From an uncultured Gemmatimonadaceae bacterium (lineage in GTDB: Bacteria > Gemmatimonadota > Gemmatimonadetes > Gemmatimonadales > Gemmatimonadaceae): a stretch of 64,000 nucleotides of DNA. Below the pieces are notes generated by a model, which ran no database searches, was not told where the DNA came from, and worked only from the letters and a program-made list of their open reading frames with translations. The DNA lies in NCBI GenBank assembly GCA_963761305.1, contig CAVXGK010000002.1, positions 704,001-768,000 on the forward strand. Direction: 5' to 3'. The position numbers and the translations under genes are program-made. Every line of letters begins with the position of its first letter. The first letter of the stretch is position 1. Shown here one piece after another: positions 20,431 to 29,918 of the stretch.

Positions 20431-21438
20431 TCAGAAGCGCTTCGTCTCTCCGATCGCGAATGTGAAGTTGGCGGCGTCGGGAAATTCGGCCTCCTTCCAT
20501 CGCTGAGCGAACCGAGCCGGCGGCTCCTGGAGCGCCTCGTCGGTGAGACGAAAGGTTCCCCAGTGGATCGCCAGACATGGCGGGCGGCTCGGGCCGTGGG
20601 CTGTGAGAGCGCGGTAGGCGGCGACGGCGTCCTCGGGGCTCATGTGCACGCTCTCCATGAACCAGCGTGGTTCGTACGCGCCGATGGGGAGCATCACCAA
20701 ATCGAACGGGCCCGACCGCTGAGCGATCGCGGCGAACTCCATATGGAAGGCCGTGTCGCCGGCGAAAAAGACGCGAATGCCGTCGGCGGCGATCGTCCAG
20801 CCGCTCCACAGCGTGTCGCCGCGATCGCGAATGCTTCGGCCGCTGAAATGCCGAGCCGGCGTGCACGTGGCAGTGTAGCCCTCGCCGTCGGCCGTCTGCC
20901 ACCAGTCACGCTCGTCGACACGTTGCACCCCGAGCGACCGGAGCAGCTCGCCGACGCCGAGCGGACAGAGCCAGTTCGCGGCGGGGAACTGCTTGGCGAT
21001 GCGCCGCACGGTCGGCGCATCGAGGTGGTCGTAGTGGTTGTGCGAGAGAAGCACGACGTCGATCGGCGGCAACGCATCGAAGTCGACACCGGGCGATGTC
21101 AGACGGCGCGGGCCGATCCACGGAAACGGCGAGGCGCGCTGTCCCCACACGGGGTCGGTCAGCACGTTCAGTGTTCCGAGTTGGAGCAGCACCGTCGCAT
21201 GGCCAACCCACGTGACAGAGTGGTACCCGGGCTTTGCGCGCGGCACGAGGATGGACGGCGTCCGGCGCGGCCACCATCCGCGTGGTGGATTCGGCGCGAG
21301 TTTCGTCCGGAAGCGGTCGATAAACCGCCAGCGCAAGGCGTCTTTGAATCCGCGCGGCGCCTCCCCGGGCCACGGGTTCTGATAGCCGCCGTTCGGGCGG
21401 TGATGAGCACTCGAGGTCGAGTCCGGTTGCGCGGTCAT
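20431..21438 (-). CDS. MBL-fold metallo-hydrolase (NAPE-PLD-like)
   Basis: TWVGHAT, LTDPVW, SHNHYDHLD, FFAGDT, LPIGAYEPRW, IHWGTF. Confidence 0.92.
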   Translation of the reverse strand: MTAQPDSTSSAHHRPNGGYQNPWPGEAPRGFKDALRWRFIDRFRTKLAPNPPRGWWPRRTPSILVPRAKPGYHSVTWVGHATVLLQLGTLNVLTDPVWGQRASPFPWIGPRRLTSPGVDFDALPPIDVVLLSHNHYDHLDAPTVRRIAKQFPAANWLCPLGVGELLRSLGVQRVDERDWWQTADGEGYTATCTPARHFSGRSIRDRGDTLWSGWTIAADGIRVFFAGDTAFHMEFAAIAQRSGPFDLVMLPIGAYEPRWFMESVHMSPEDAVAAYRALTAHGPSRPPCLAIHWGTFRLTDEALQEPPARFAQRWKEAEFPDAANFTFAIGETKRF

Positions 21439-21466
21439 TCGCGAAACATGACGCGAGACTCCGCGT

Positions 21467-22378
21467 CTAGTCAGGCCCTTGGTCGCGCCGCGCCTGCGCC
21501 GAGCGAAACTCGGTCGGCGTTTGGCCAGTCTCGCGCCGAAAGAATCGGCTGAAATAGCTTGGATCCTCGAAGCCGAGCGACGTTCCGATGCGGCTCGCGG
21601 ACTCGCCGCTGTAGAGAAGCATGCGGCGCGCGCGCGACGCGAGCTCATTGTGCAGCACGCGTTTGGCGGGCTGCCCGGCGAACCGCGAACAGAGCACGCT
21701 CAAGTGCCCAGGCGTCACCGCCAGCTCCACGGCGTAGTCGGCGATGCGGTGCCGATGCGCGGCATCGCGGTCTACGAGCTCGAGGAACCTCGATACGACC
21801 GCGTGCGTCGGACGCTGAGGAGCCACGCGATGCGCCGCGGCGTATTGTCGCGCGAGGACGATGAGCGTTTCGTGAAGCCGAGCCCGCAGGAGATCCACAC
21901 TGTCGCGGCGGAAGTGCGCCAACTCGCGCCGCATCGTCGTGAGCCGGGCCCGCACACGGCCGGCAGCCGCCGCCGACAAGGCGAGCGCGGCGCGAGCGGG
22001 GTCGGCCTGAAAGTAGGGGAGGCGCCGGAGAAACGCATCGTCGCGCAGAAACTCCCTGGTGAACAGGTCCTCGAAGAAGAGGCAGACGCCGTCGAGATTC
22101 GTCGTTTCCCATCGCCGGACCTGACCCGGCCTCGTGAAGACCAGTATCCCGGGGCGGACCGCGTGCCGGTACGTGTCGAGCGAAAACCATCCGGAGCCGC
22201 GCGTCACCAGAGTGATGTCGAAGAACCCGAGAGCGTGCGGCTCGCCGACGATGAAGCCGCGCAGGTCGTGCACCCACCCGACGTCGATGAGCAGATGCCG
22301 GCCGTACTTCCGACGGTCGAAGGCGACTCTCGGGACAGCCGCTGAGCGAGAAGGCCGCGATGTACGGGTTTTCGGCAT
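21467..22378 (-). CDS. AraC family transcriptional regulator
   Basis: Cupin-like N-terminus (PGQV); C-terminal LGFEDPSYFSRFFRRETGQTPTEFR. Confidence 0.92.
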   Translation of the reverse strand: MPKTRTSRPSRSAAVPRVAFDRRKYGRHLLIDVGWVHDLRGFIVGEPHALGFFDITLVTRGSGWFSLDTYRHAVRPGILVFTRPGQVRRWETTNLDGVCLFFEDLFTREFLRDDAFLRRLPYFQADPARAALALSAAAAGRVRARLTTMRRELAHFRRDSVDLLRARLHETLIVLARQYAAAHRVAPQRPTHAVVSRFLELVDRDAAHRHRIADYAVELAVTPGHLSVLCSRFAGQPAKRVLHNELASRARRMLLYSGESASRIGTSLGFEDPSYFSRFFRRETGQTPTEFRSAQARRDQGPD

Positions 22379-22494
22379 TCGTGGAAAAGTACCAGGCTCC
22401 GGCGGATTCATCCATCCACCAACGGCCCGACGATCCGTAGAATGTCGAAGCGGCGCCTCACGCATCGATTCACTCACGTTCTTACAACGCGTTC

Positions 22495-23061
22495 ATGAAT
22501 ACCTCATTCAGTTGGCTCGCGATCCTCACCGTCGGGGCGAGCCTCGCGTTCGCGCCGGCCCATGACGACGTCGCGCACCTCCGATCGGCGGCCGCGCCAC
22601 CATGCGCCGCGGATTCGAACTATCAACGTCTCGCGTTCTGGGTCGGTGACTGGGACGTTGTCGATTCCACCGGTGCGCACTATGCGACACAACGCGTGCG
22701 CGCCGTGATAGACGACTGCGCGATCACGGCCGAGTGGACCGGCCGCGTCGGCGACAAGGGATTCAACCTGTCGGCGTTCGACGGGCGAACTGGGGAGTGG
22801 CGGCAGGTGTACGTCTCGAATCAGGTGCCCGCGCCGCTGGGCGTCACGATTCGGCGTTCCGATACGACCTACGTCGGGCCCGGCGTTCGTTTCATCGCCT
22901 TGCTCGACCCGCCGGCAGAAAGTCTCTCGCGGAGCCGCGTGACGATCATGCCGCTGAGCGGACATCGTGCCATGCAACTGTTCGAAGACTCCAAGGATGG
23001 CGGCGCAACCTGGCGCGTGATCTTCAAGGCGGAACACCGCCCTCGGGCCAGCGCGCCGTGA
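22495..23061 (+). CDS. Hypothetical secreted beta-rich protein
   Basis: Signal peptide, FWVGDWDV, WRQVYV, SKDGGATW; divergent from the AraC gene. Confidence 0.75.
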   Translation: MNTSFSWLAILTVGASLAFAPAHDDVAHLRSAAAPPCAADSNYQRLAFWVGDWDVVDSTGAHYATQRVRAVIDDCAITAEWTGRVGDKGFNLSAFDGRTGEWRQVYVSNQVPAPLGVTIRRSDTTYVGPGVRFIALLDPPAESLSRSRVTIMPLSGHRAMQLFEDSKDGGATWRVIFKAEHRPRASAP

Positions 23062-23269
23062 CTGCACCATCCTCGTTCCGGGCTCCCGGGCAAGAATCGT
23101 TGTAGGTCGCCGGCACACGTCGCGGCCGAACACTTGAGGCTGTCGAGTTGGGAGGATGCGAAGCGAGTGCAGCAGGCGCCGCAGCCCTAGGCGCTTGGGC
23201 GATGCCGCTCATTGATTCCCAACGCGGGGATCGATATTCTCGCCAGGCCCAACCTGCACCGGGGATCGT

Positions 23270-24994
23270 ATGAGCGATGCCGCGAGCGCGACGCCGAGGG
23301 TGGATCTGGGTTCGAGGGTCAGCACCGAAGCGACCGCCACCACACTTGTGGGCAAGACGGCGCACGCGGTCGTTTGGATCGCACTCTTCGCCGTCGCCTA
23401 CGTCCTGACCGCGCGGCTCGGCCGCGGATTCCGCTTTCAAGATTCTCAAATCGGCGTCGTCTGGCCGCCGAACGCGCTTCTGTTGGCGGCGCTCCTCCTC
23501 ACGCCGCGCAAATCGTGGTGGCTCGTGTTCGCCGCCTCCGCATTGGCGCACGCGGTGGCGATGGGAACATCCATTCCCGCCTGGCGCGTCGCGTGGCAGA
23601 TCGGGGCGAACGCGGCGTTCACGGCCGCCACGGCCGAAGCCGTGCGCCGGTTCATCGGGTTGCCTCTGCGGTTCGAGAAGCCGCGCGATGTGCTGGTGTT
23701 CACCACGCTCTCTTTCGGCGTGTCGTTGCTGTTCGCCCTCACCGCGTCGGCGTTCGTCCTCACGTTCGCCGGCGTGGAAACGGCGTTCACCCCGACGATC
23801 GCGCTGATGCGCGTCATGCTCTCCAACACGACCGCTCTGCTCATCGTCACGCCGGCGGTGGTGTTGGGCGCGCGTCTTGGGCCCGACTGGCTGAGCGCAA
23901 TCTCGGCTCGGCGCGCGCTGGAGACCGCGGTGATCATTGGAACGGTGCTCGGCGTCGGGCTCGTCGCCTTCGACGCCGGTCCTGGCCTGGCGCGGCTTCC
24001 GTGGGTGCTCTTGTTGACGTTTCCGCCGCTGATGTGGGCCGCGGTGCGCCTGGGCCCCGCCGGCGCGAGCGCCTCGCTGCTTTGCATCGCCGCGCTGTCG
24101 ATGTGGGGGACGGCGCGGCAACTCGGCCCGTTCGTCGTGACCGAGAACGCCGACATGGTGCTGTCGCTCCAACTCTACTGGATCGTGATCGGCCCGCCGG
24201 TGATGTTGCTCGCCGCGGCCATCCGTGAGCGCGAGCGCACGGAAGCGACGCTCCACGACCAGCGCAACCAGCTCGCGCGGGTCACGCGCATCGCGACGGC
24301 CGGCGAACTCTCCGGTGCGCTTGCGCACGAGCTGCGGCAGCCGATCACGTCGATTCTGGCGAACGCGCAGGCCGCTCTGTTGCTGCTCCGGCGCGGCGGC
24401 GCCGACGTCGACCAGCTGCGTCCGATTCTCGAGGACATCGTGCGTCAGGACCAGCAGGCGTCGAACGTCATCGCCCGTTTGCGCTCGCTGCTTCAGGGCG
24501 AGACGCCGCACCTCGAGCCTATCGCGGTCGAATCCGTCGTTCGCGATGCGCTGGCCCTCACGCGTTCCTCCGCGGCGACGGCCGGCGCGGCGGTGCACGC
24601 GCAGATCTTTGGCCCGCTACCGAGGGTGCAGGGCGACCAGGTGCAATTGCTTCAGGTCGTCGTGAACCTCGTCGTGAACGCGTGCGAGGCGATGATCGAG
24701 ACCGCTCCGTCGGAGCGCGTGGTGCAGTTGCGCGTCGAGAAGGTTGCGGCGGATCGCGTCGACGTCGCGGTGATCGACCGCGGAGTCGGGCTCCCGCGAG
24801 ACGACGAGGATCGCGTGTTCGAGCCGTTCTTCACGACAAAGGATGCGGGGCTCGGGCTCGGACTGGCGATCGGCCGATCGATCGCGACGGCCCACGGGGG
24901 TCGATTGTGGGCGCGGAACAACGACGGGCACTCCGGCGCGACGTTTCATCTCGAGCTGCCGACCCAGCTCGCTCGCGCCGGCCGGGGCGTGTGA
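23270..24994 (+). CDS. MASE1-domain membrane sensor histidine kinase
   Basis: VWPPNA and multi-TM N-terminus; LAHELRQP H-box, NLVVNACEAM, DRGVG, FEPFFTTK..GLGLGL. Confidence 0.93.
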   Translation: MSDAASATPRVDLGSRVSTEATATTLVGKTAHAVVWIALFAVAYVLTARLGRGFRFQDSQIGVVWPPNALLLAALLLTPRKSWWLVFAASALAHAVAMGTSIPAWRVAWQIGANAAFTAATAEAVRRFIGLPLRFEKPRDVLVFTTLSFGVSLLFALTASAFVLTFAGVETAFTPTIALMRVMLSNTTALLIVTPAVVLGARLGPDWLSAISARRALETAVIIGTVLGVGLVAFDAGPGLARLPWVLLLTFPPLMWAAVRLGPAGASASLLCIAALSMWGTARQLGPFVVTENADMVLSLQLYWIVIGPPVMLLAAAIRERERTEATLHDQRNQLARVTRIATAGELSGALAHELRQPITSILANAQAALLLLRRGGADVDQLRPILEDIVRQDQQASNVIARLRSLLQGETPHLEPIAVESVVRDALALTRSSAATAGAAVHAQIFGPLPRVQGDQVQLLQVVVNLVVNACEAMIETAPSERVVQLRVEKVAADRVDVAVIDRGVGLPRDDEDRVFEPFFTTKDAGLGLGLAIGRSIATAHGGRLWARNNDGHSGATFHLELPTQLARAGRGV

Positions 24995-25122
24995 GGCGTG
25001 GCATTGCCACACGACCGAACGTGTGGACATGTTTGGCGTCGACGCGGCGTCCTCGCCGCCGTCTCGCCCCCGCTTCCCACCACGATGCCAAGCGCTCAAA
25101 CGCGACACGTCGGCAGCGCGAC

Positions 25123-25695
25123 ATGACGTCCCCATCGACGCGGCGCGACGTGCTCGCCGCGTTGCGCGATACGAGCCCGGAGTCGATCGACAGTCTCGTC
25201 GCGCTCACGTATGAGGAGCTCCGCCTGATCGCGCGGCGCCATCTGGCGCGCGGCCGCCGCATCGGCGTGAAGACGGGGACGCTCGGCACGACCGCGCTGG
25301 TCAACGAGGCGTACCTCAAGCTCGTCGATCCGGCGAACGCCAAGCCCCGCGACCGCGCGCACTTTCTCGCGATCGCGGCGGTCGCCATGCGTCACATCCT
25401 CATCGACCGGGCGCGATCGCGCGCGGCGCGAAAGCGAGGCGGCGGCAAAGCAGCGGTCACGCTCGACGCCGACGCGCTCGCCGGCGACGACGATCCGCAG
25501 CTCTTGCTCGACATCAACGACGCGCTGGACCGGCTGGCGCTGGTCGACGCGCGCCTCGCCCAAGTGGTCGAGTGCCGCTTCTTCGGCGGACTGTCGGAGG
25601 AGGAGATCGCCGAGGTGCTGGGCGTGACGGTACGCACCGTACAGCGCGACTGGGCACGGGCGCGAATGCTGCTGCGACGCGAGCTGTCCGCGTGA
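25123..25695 (+). CDS. ECF sigma factor, kinase-associated type (TIGR02999/ECF43-like)
   Basis: YEELRLIA, TLGTTALVNEAYLKL, AMRHILID, KRGGG, RFFGGLS, RTVQRDW. Confidence 0.92.
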   Translation: MTSPSTRRDVLAALRDTSPESIDSLVALTYEELRLIARRHLARGRRIGVKTGTLGTTALVNEAYLKLVDPANAKPRDRAHFLAIAAVAMRHILIDRARSRAARKRGGGKAAVTLDADALAGDDDPQLLLDINDALDRLALVDARLAQVVECRFFGGLSEEEIAEVLGVTVRTVQRDWARARMLLRRELSA

Positions 25696-25701
25696 ACGTG
25701 G

Positions 25702-25785
25702 CGTGAGCATCTCGTGAGCATCTCGTGAGCATCTCGTGAGCATCTCGTGAGCATCTCGTGAGCATCTCGTGAGCATCGCGTGAGC
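25702..25785. repeat. 11-bp tandem repeat (cgtgagcatct), about 7.6 copies
   Basis: cgtgag at 25702, 25713, 25724, 25735, 25746, 25757, 25768, 25779. Confidence 0.97.
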
Positions 25786-26874
25786 GGCGCACTCGACTCC
25801 GGCCCGCTGTCGCCGGAGGTGTGGCGCGTCTTTGGCCCGCTCGTCGACGCCGCGCTCGACACGCCGGCCGACCGTCGCGCCGCGTTCATCGCGGATGCCT
25901 GTCGTGGCGACGCCGCAATGGCCGAGCAATTGCGCCGGTTGGTCGACGAATGCGAGGAGGGCGACCCACTGCTCGACGCGGGCGCCATCGAGCGGTTCGG
26001 TTCTCTCCTCGACGACGACGCCACCTCGCGATTCCCATCGGTTCTCGCGGAGCGCTACCGCGTGGAGCGAGAGATCGGACGCGGCGGGATGGCGGTCGTG
26101 TTTCTCGCGCACGACGCGGTGCACGACCGTTCGGTAGCGGTGAAGGTATTGCGTCCGTCGGCGCGCAAACGTATCGGGACGCTCCGCTTTGCGGCGGAGA
26201 TCCGGACGACAGCCGGCTTACAACATCCGCGCATCGTTCCGCTGTACGATTCGGGCGAGACCGACGAGGCACTGTATTACGTCATGCCGTACTATGAGAG
26301 CGGAACGCTCGCCGCGCGTTTGGAGCGTGAACCCCGGCCGCCGCTGCGCGACGCCCTCGCGATCACCGCGGACATCGCGGCCGCGCTTGAGTATGCGCAC
26401 GGCGCCGGGCTGATCCACCGCGACATCAAGCCATCGAACATTCTGTTCGCCGACGGCCGCGCGCTGCTCGCCGATTTCGGCGTGGCGCGCCAAGCGCAGC
26501 GGACAGGACGTGGTCTGACATCGACGGGTGTCGTGATCGGCACGCCCGCGTACATGAGTCCCGAGCAGGCCACGGGGCAGCGCGCGCTGGATGTGAGAAG
26601 CGACATCTATAGTCTTGGATGCGTGCTCTTCGAAATGCTCACCGGCCGGGCGCCGATCGTGCCGACGAGCGCGACGACGCCGGCGCGCCACGCCCTCGAG
26701 ACGCGACGCCGGCTCGGTGAGGCCCGGCGCGGCCTTCCACCGGCGCTCGAGCGGTGCGTGGTCCGCGCGACGGCGAAGGACCCGGCGGATCGATTCGCGA
26801 GCGCGCGGGAGCTGGCGCGTGCGCTGGCGGAGAGCGGAGAACAGATGGAAAGTGCGCGGCGAGGGCCGACGTGA
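25780..26874 (+). CDS. Hanks-type serine/threonine protein kinase
   Basis: GRGGMAVV, VAVK, HRDIKPSN, DFG, GTPAYMSPEQ, DIYSLG. Confidence 0.95.
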   Translation: MSGALDSGPLSPEVWRVFGPLVDAALDTPADRRAAFIADACRGDAAMAEQLRRLVDECEEGDPLLDAGAIERFGSLLDDDATSRFPSVLAERYRVEREIGRGGMAVVFLAHDAVHDRSVAVKVLRPSARKRIGTLRFAAEIRTTAGLQHPRIVPLYDSGETDEALYYVMPYYESGTLAARLEREPRPPLRDALAITADIAAALEYAHGAGLIHRDIKPSNILFADGRALLADFGVARQAQRTGRGLTSTGVVIGTPAYMSPEQATGQRALDVRSDIYSLGCVLFEMLTGRAPIVPTSATTPARHALETRRRLGEARRGLPPALERCVVRATAKDPADRFASARELARALAESGEQMESARRGPT

Positions 26875-28274
26875 CGGGCGCCGAACTGGTCGACAGGCTG
26901 GGACAGCATCGCATGCTCGGGACCGCGCCGCGCGACGAGTTGGCGTGGCTCGCCGCGCACGGCGAAACGCACCACTACGGCGTGGGTGACGTCGTGTACC
27001 GCCGTGGCGCGCCGAGCGAAGAAATGCTCGTCGTCTTGGCCGGACGCGTCGTGCAGTACGTCGACGCCGGCAGCGGGCCGCGCAAGTTCATGGAATGGCG
27101 CGGGGGCGACGTGACCGGCCTCTTACCGTACTCGCGCATGGTGTCGCCACCGGGTGACAGCATCATCGAAGAAGCCGCGGAGATCCTCAGCATTCGCCGC
27201 GAGGACTTCCCGGCGCTGATCAATCTTTGCCCGACGGTGACGGCGTCGCTCGTCCACACGATGCTCGACCGCGCCAGAGATTTCACGTCGAGTCATTTCC
27301 AGGATGAGAAGACGATGTCGCTCGGTCGTCTCGCCGCGGGAATGGCGCACGAGCTCAACAACCCGGCATCCGCCGCCGCGCGCAGCGCCACGCGGCTTCG
27401 CGACGCGTTGACAGACGCGGCGCGAGCGTCGAGCGCGCTCGAACACGCGCCGCTGACACAGGCTCAGCGCGATCGCCTGGACTCGCTTCGCCACGTCGCC
27501 GGCGACGCGACAACGCCGCGCACGGCGCTCGAGCGCGCCGACTTGGAGGAAGGACTCACGGAGTGGCTCGAAGCCCGCGCCGGAGACGCGGAGTGCGCAT
27601 CGGTCCTGGCTGAGCGCGGCATTCGCGTCGAGCAACTCGACGACCTCGCCGCTGGCCTCTCGCCGCAGGCGCTGGCAGCGGCCATTCGGCTGATCGCGGC
27701 CGAGTACACCGTGCAATCGCTCGCGTCGGACATCGACCGGGCCACGACACGAATTCACGATCTCGTGTCGGCGATGAAGCGGTTCTCCAACATGGATCGT
27801 GCGACGGTGACTGAAGCCGCCGACATCGCTCGCGGACTCGCCGACACAGTGGCCGTGATGTCGGCGCGCGCGCGGGAGAAGTCGCTCGAGCTTCGGCTGG
27901 AGGTATCGGGCGACCTGCCGCCGGTGCGGGGGCACGCGGCGGAGCTCACGCAGGTGTGGGCGAATCTGATCGACAACGCGCTCGACGCGGCCGGAGCGTC
28001 GGGGGGAATCGTCATCACTGCAACGCACGAGCACGACGATGTCGTCGTTCGCGTGATCGACGACGGCCCCGGGATCGCGGCCCACCTTCAGGCGCGCGTG
28101 TTCGATCCCTTCTACACGACCAAGCCGGTCGGGCAAGGAACCGGACTCGGTCTCGACATCGCTCGGCGAATCGTGCGGCTGCATCGCGGCCACATCACGC
28201 TGGAGTCGCGCCCCGGACGAACGGAATTCCGGGTCGCGCTTCCCGCGCTCGGACCCGAGTCGTCGTCTCCCTAG
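26871..28274 (+). CDS. Cyclic-nucleotide-binding-domain soluble histidine kinase
   Basis: N-terminal cNMP-like fold; MAHELNNP, QVWANLIDNA, DDGPG, FDPFYTTK..GTGLGL; GTGA overlap with the kinase stop. Confidence 0.9.
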   Translation: MTGAELVDRLGQHRMLGTAPRDELAWLAAHGETHHYGVGDVVYRRGAPSEEMLVVLAGRVVQYVDAGSGPRKFMEWRGGDVTGLLPYSRMVSPPGDSIIEEAAEILSIRREDFPALINLCPTVTASLVHTMLDRARDFTSSHFQDEKTMSLGRLAAGMAHELNNPASAAARSATRLRDALTDAARASSALEHAPLTQAQRDRLDSLRHVAGDATTPRTALERADLEEGLTEWLEARAGDAECASVLAERGIRVEQLDDLAAGLSPQALAAAIRLIAAEYTVQSLASDIDRATTRIHDLVSAMKRFSNMDRATVTEAADIARGLADTVAVMSARAREKSLELRLEVSGDLPPVRGHAAELTQVWANLIDNALDAAGASGGIVITATHEHDDVVVRVIDDGPGIAAHLQARVFDPFYTTKPVGQGTGLGLDIARRIVRLHRGHITLESRPGRTEFRVALPALGPESSSP

Positions 28275-28858
28275 ACGCCACAAAGGCGTCGGGCGCGCTC
28301 GATGCGCGCGACGGGAGGACCCAGTTGGGGGAGCCGCTCGACGTCCCGCGCCGGCGCGGCGATCGCGTCCGTCGGCCGGCCGCCTCCGCGATTCATCGCG
28401 AATCCCTGGTCCACCGAATAGTCGAGCGTGATCGCCGTCGAGCGCATCCCGATCGACGCCACGCGCAGCGTGCTGTCGCGCTGTTCCGGCGTCATACCGA
28501 CTGTCGAGGGAATCGGTCTCACACCCCAGCGGTCCGACACGCGCACGAGCCGACCGGAGGAATCGAAGGTGATCATCATCTGCGTTCGGACGGCAGCACG
28601 ACTCGGAAAGTAGACCTGCACGATCGTGGCGCCCGAGCCGCCCGTGTGTCCCACGATGCATTCTCCGCCCGAGTCGACGGGGGCCAGCTCGGGTTTGAAG
28701 TCGTGCAATGCCGCGGCGCCGTTGCGCGCCGTGAACGATTCGCCGGTCGAGACGAACAGATCGCGCGGTTGGCCTGCCGCCGGCGCGGCGGACCGGCAGG
28801 CAATCTGTCCGACGGTCGCCCCCAGCGTCGCGAGAGACGCGATGCGCCGCAAGCTCAC
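28271..28858 (-). CDS. Hypothetical lipoprotein
   Basis: GTG start overlapping the upstream stop; signal ending QIAC. Confidence 0.65.
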   Translation of the reverse strand: MSLRRIASLATLGATVGQIACRSAAPAAGQPRDLFVSTGESFTARNGAAALHDFKPELAPVDSGGECIVGHTGGSGATIVQVYFPSRAAVRTQMMITFDSSGRLVRVSDRWGVRPIPSTVGMTPEQRDSTLRVASIGMRSTAITLDYSVDQGFAMNRGGGRPTDAIAAPARDVERLPQLGPPVARIERARRLCGV

Positions 28859-29835
28859 GGCTTGCGCATGGTGCGCACTTGCATGTTGAGCTCCTCGCAG
28901 CCGGTCTCGCGAGGCGACGACGTGATGGTTATGGTGACCTCTATCGGCGTGCCGGCGGAGTCGGGTCGAGCCCACGTCCGACCCGTGATCGTGTTCTTGT
29001 CGCTGGCCGCCTTCCAGCCGGAGTCGGCCAATTGTTTGCCGTAGTGATCGAGCAGCGCGTCGGGGGTCATCGGCGTGCGGATCGACGCGCCGCTACCCAT
29101 CGAGTTCGTGAACCCGGAGAAGACACAGTCGCCGTTCATGCGCGCGTCGTTCGCGCCGAGCGGATTGTAGAGCGTCGGCATCGGCGATCGAACCGGCGGT
29201 TGGTACGGTTGCGACGGATGGCATGGGTTGAACCCCGGGGTGGACGTGACGCGCAGCGTCACGTCGGTTGCAACGCCCCGCCGACGCGTCGCCGCCATGG
29301 AAAGCATTTGCTGGTCGTTGCAGAGGAGGTCGCGGGCGAACGGCGATGACGGCACCGACGTCGTCGCCGGGCGGAAACCCCCGCCGCCATAGACGGGCGG
29401 TGGTGGAGGAGCACTCCATCCGCGTTGGGCCAGGCCTCGCTTGAAGTCGGCGAGCACCGAATCGGACGCCGTGGAAACGCTGACGACGGCAACCAGCGCG
29501 GTTCCGAGAAACGCCGAGCCGAGAACCCGGGCACCCGGCGGGACGAAGAGTTTGGGTGCGATCCACTCGGGGATCGAGCCGACGAGAATCTGCGGTTCGC
29601 CGCCGAAGCCGCCCGCCGAGACGAGCGCCGCGGCGAGATCGAGCGGAATCGAGTCGGGCTCGGCGAGGCGACGGGACTCCTGGGCGCGCGTGGGCGACGC
29701 GAGGGCGGCCGCAAAGGCAAACGCGACGGCGAGTTTGGGCAGGCGTGGGTGCAAGGCAGGCTCGGTGGGATGGAGTCGTGGGAGTCGCCGGCGTCGACGG
29801 TTCTGCAATGATAACAGGTCAATGCGCAAACGCAC
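28855..29835 (-). CDS. Hypothetical secreted protein
   Basis: Signal-like AVAFAFAAALASPTRAQ; two similar modules (LAQRGW, LADSGW); start uncertain. Confidence 0.7.
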   Translation of the reverse strand: MRLRIDLLSLQNRRRRRLPRLHPTEPALHPRLPKLAVAFAFAAALASPTRAQESRRLAEPDSIPLDLAAALVSAGGFGGEPQILVGSIPEWIAPKLFVPPGARVLGSAFLGTALVAVVSVSTASDSVLADFKRGLAQRGWSAPPPPPVYGGGGFRPATTSVPSSPFARDLLCNDQQMLSMAATRRRGVATDVTLRVTSTPGFNPCHPSQPYQPPVRSPMPTLYNPLGANDARMNGDCVFSGFTNSMGSGASIRTPMTPDALLDHYGKQLADSGWKAASDKNTITGRTWARPDSAGTPIEVTITITSSPRETGCEELNMQVRTMRKP

Positions 29836-29844
29836 GCCCGACCT

Positions 29845-29880
29845 GCAAAGAGGCCCGGCGTCGCCGCCGGGCCTCTTTGC
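29845..29880 (-). terminator. 16-bp perfect hairpin, probable terminator
   Basis: gcaaagaggcccggcg-tcgc-cgccgggcctctttgc downstream of the stop at 29919. Confidence 0.7.
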
Positions 29881-29918
29881 TTACGTCGCGATCGTACGGA
29901 CAACCGCGCCTACGCGAA

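Noticed and set aside
24998..25010. Palindrome gtggca-t-tgccac upstream of the ECF gene
   Set aside because: Short and single; chance occurrence cannot be excluded.
25096..26124. Minus-strand ORFs with RCSRDAHEMLT repeats
   Set aside because: Antisense to the sigma and kinase genes; the peptide repeat follows from the 11-bp DNA repeat.
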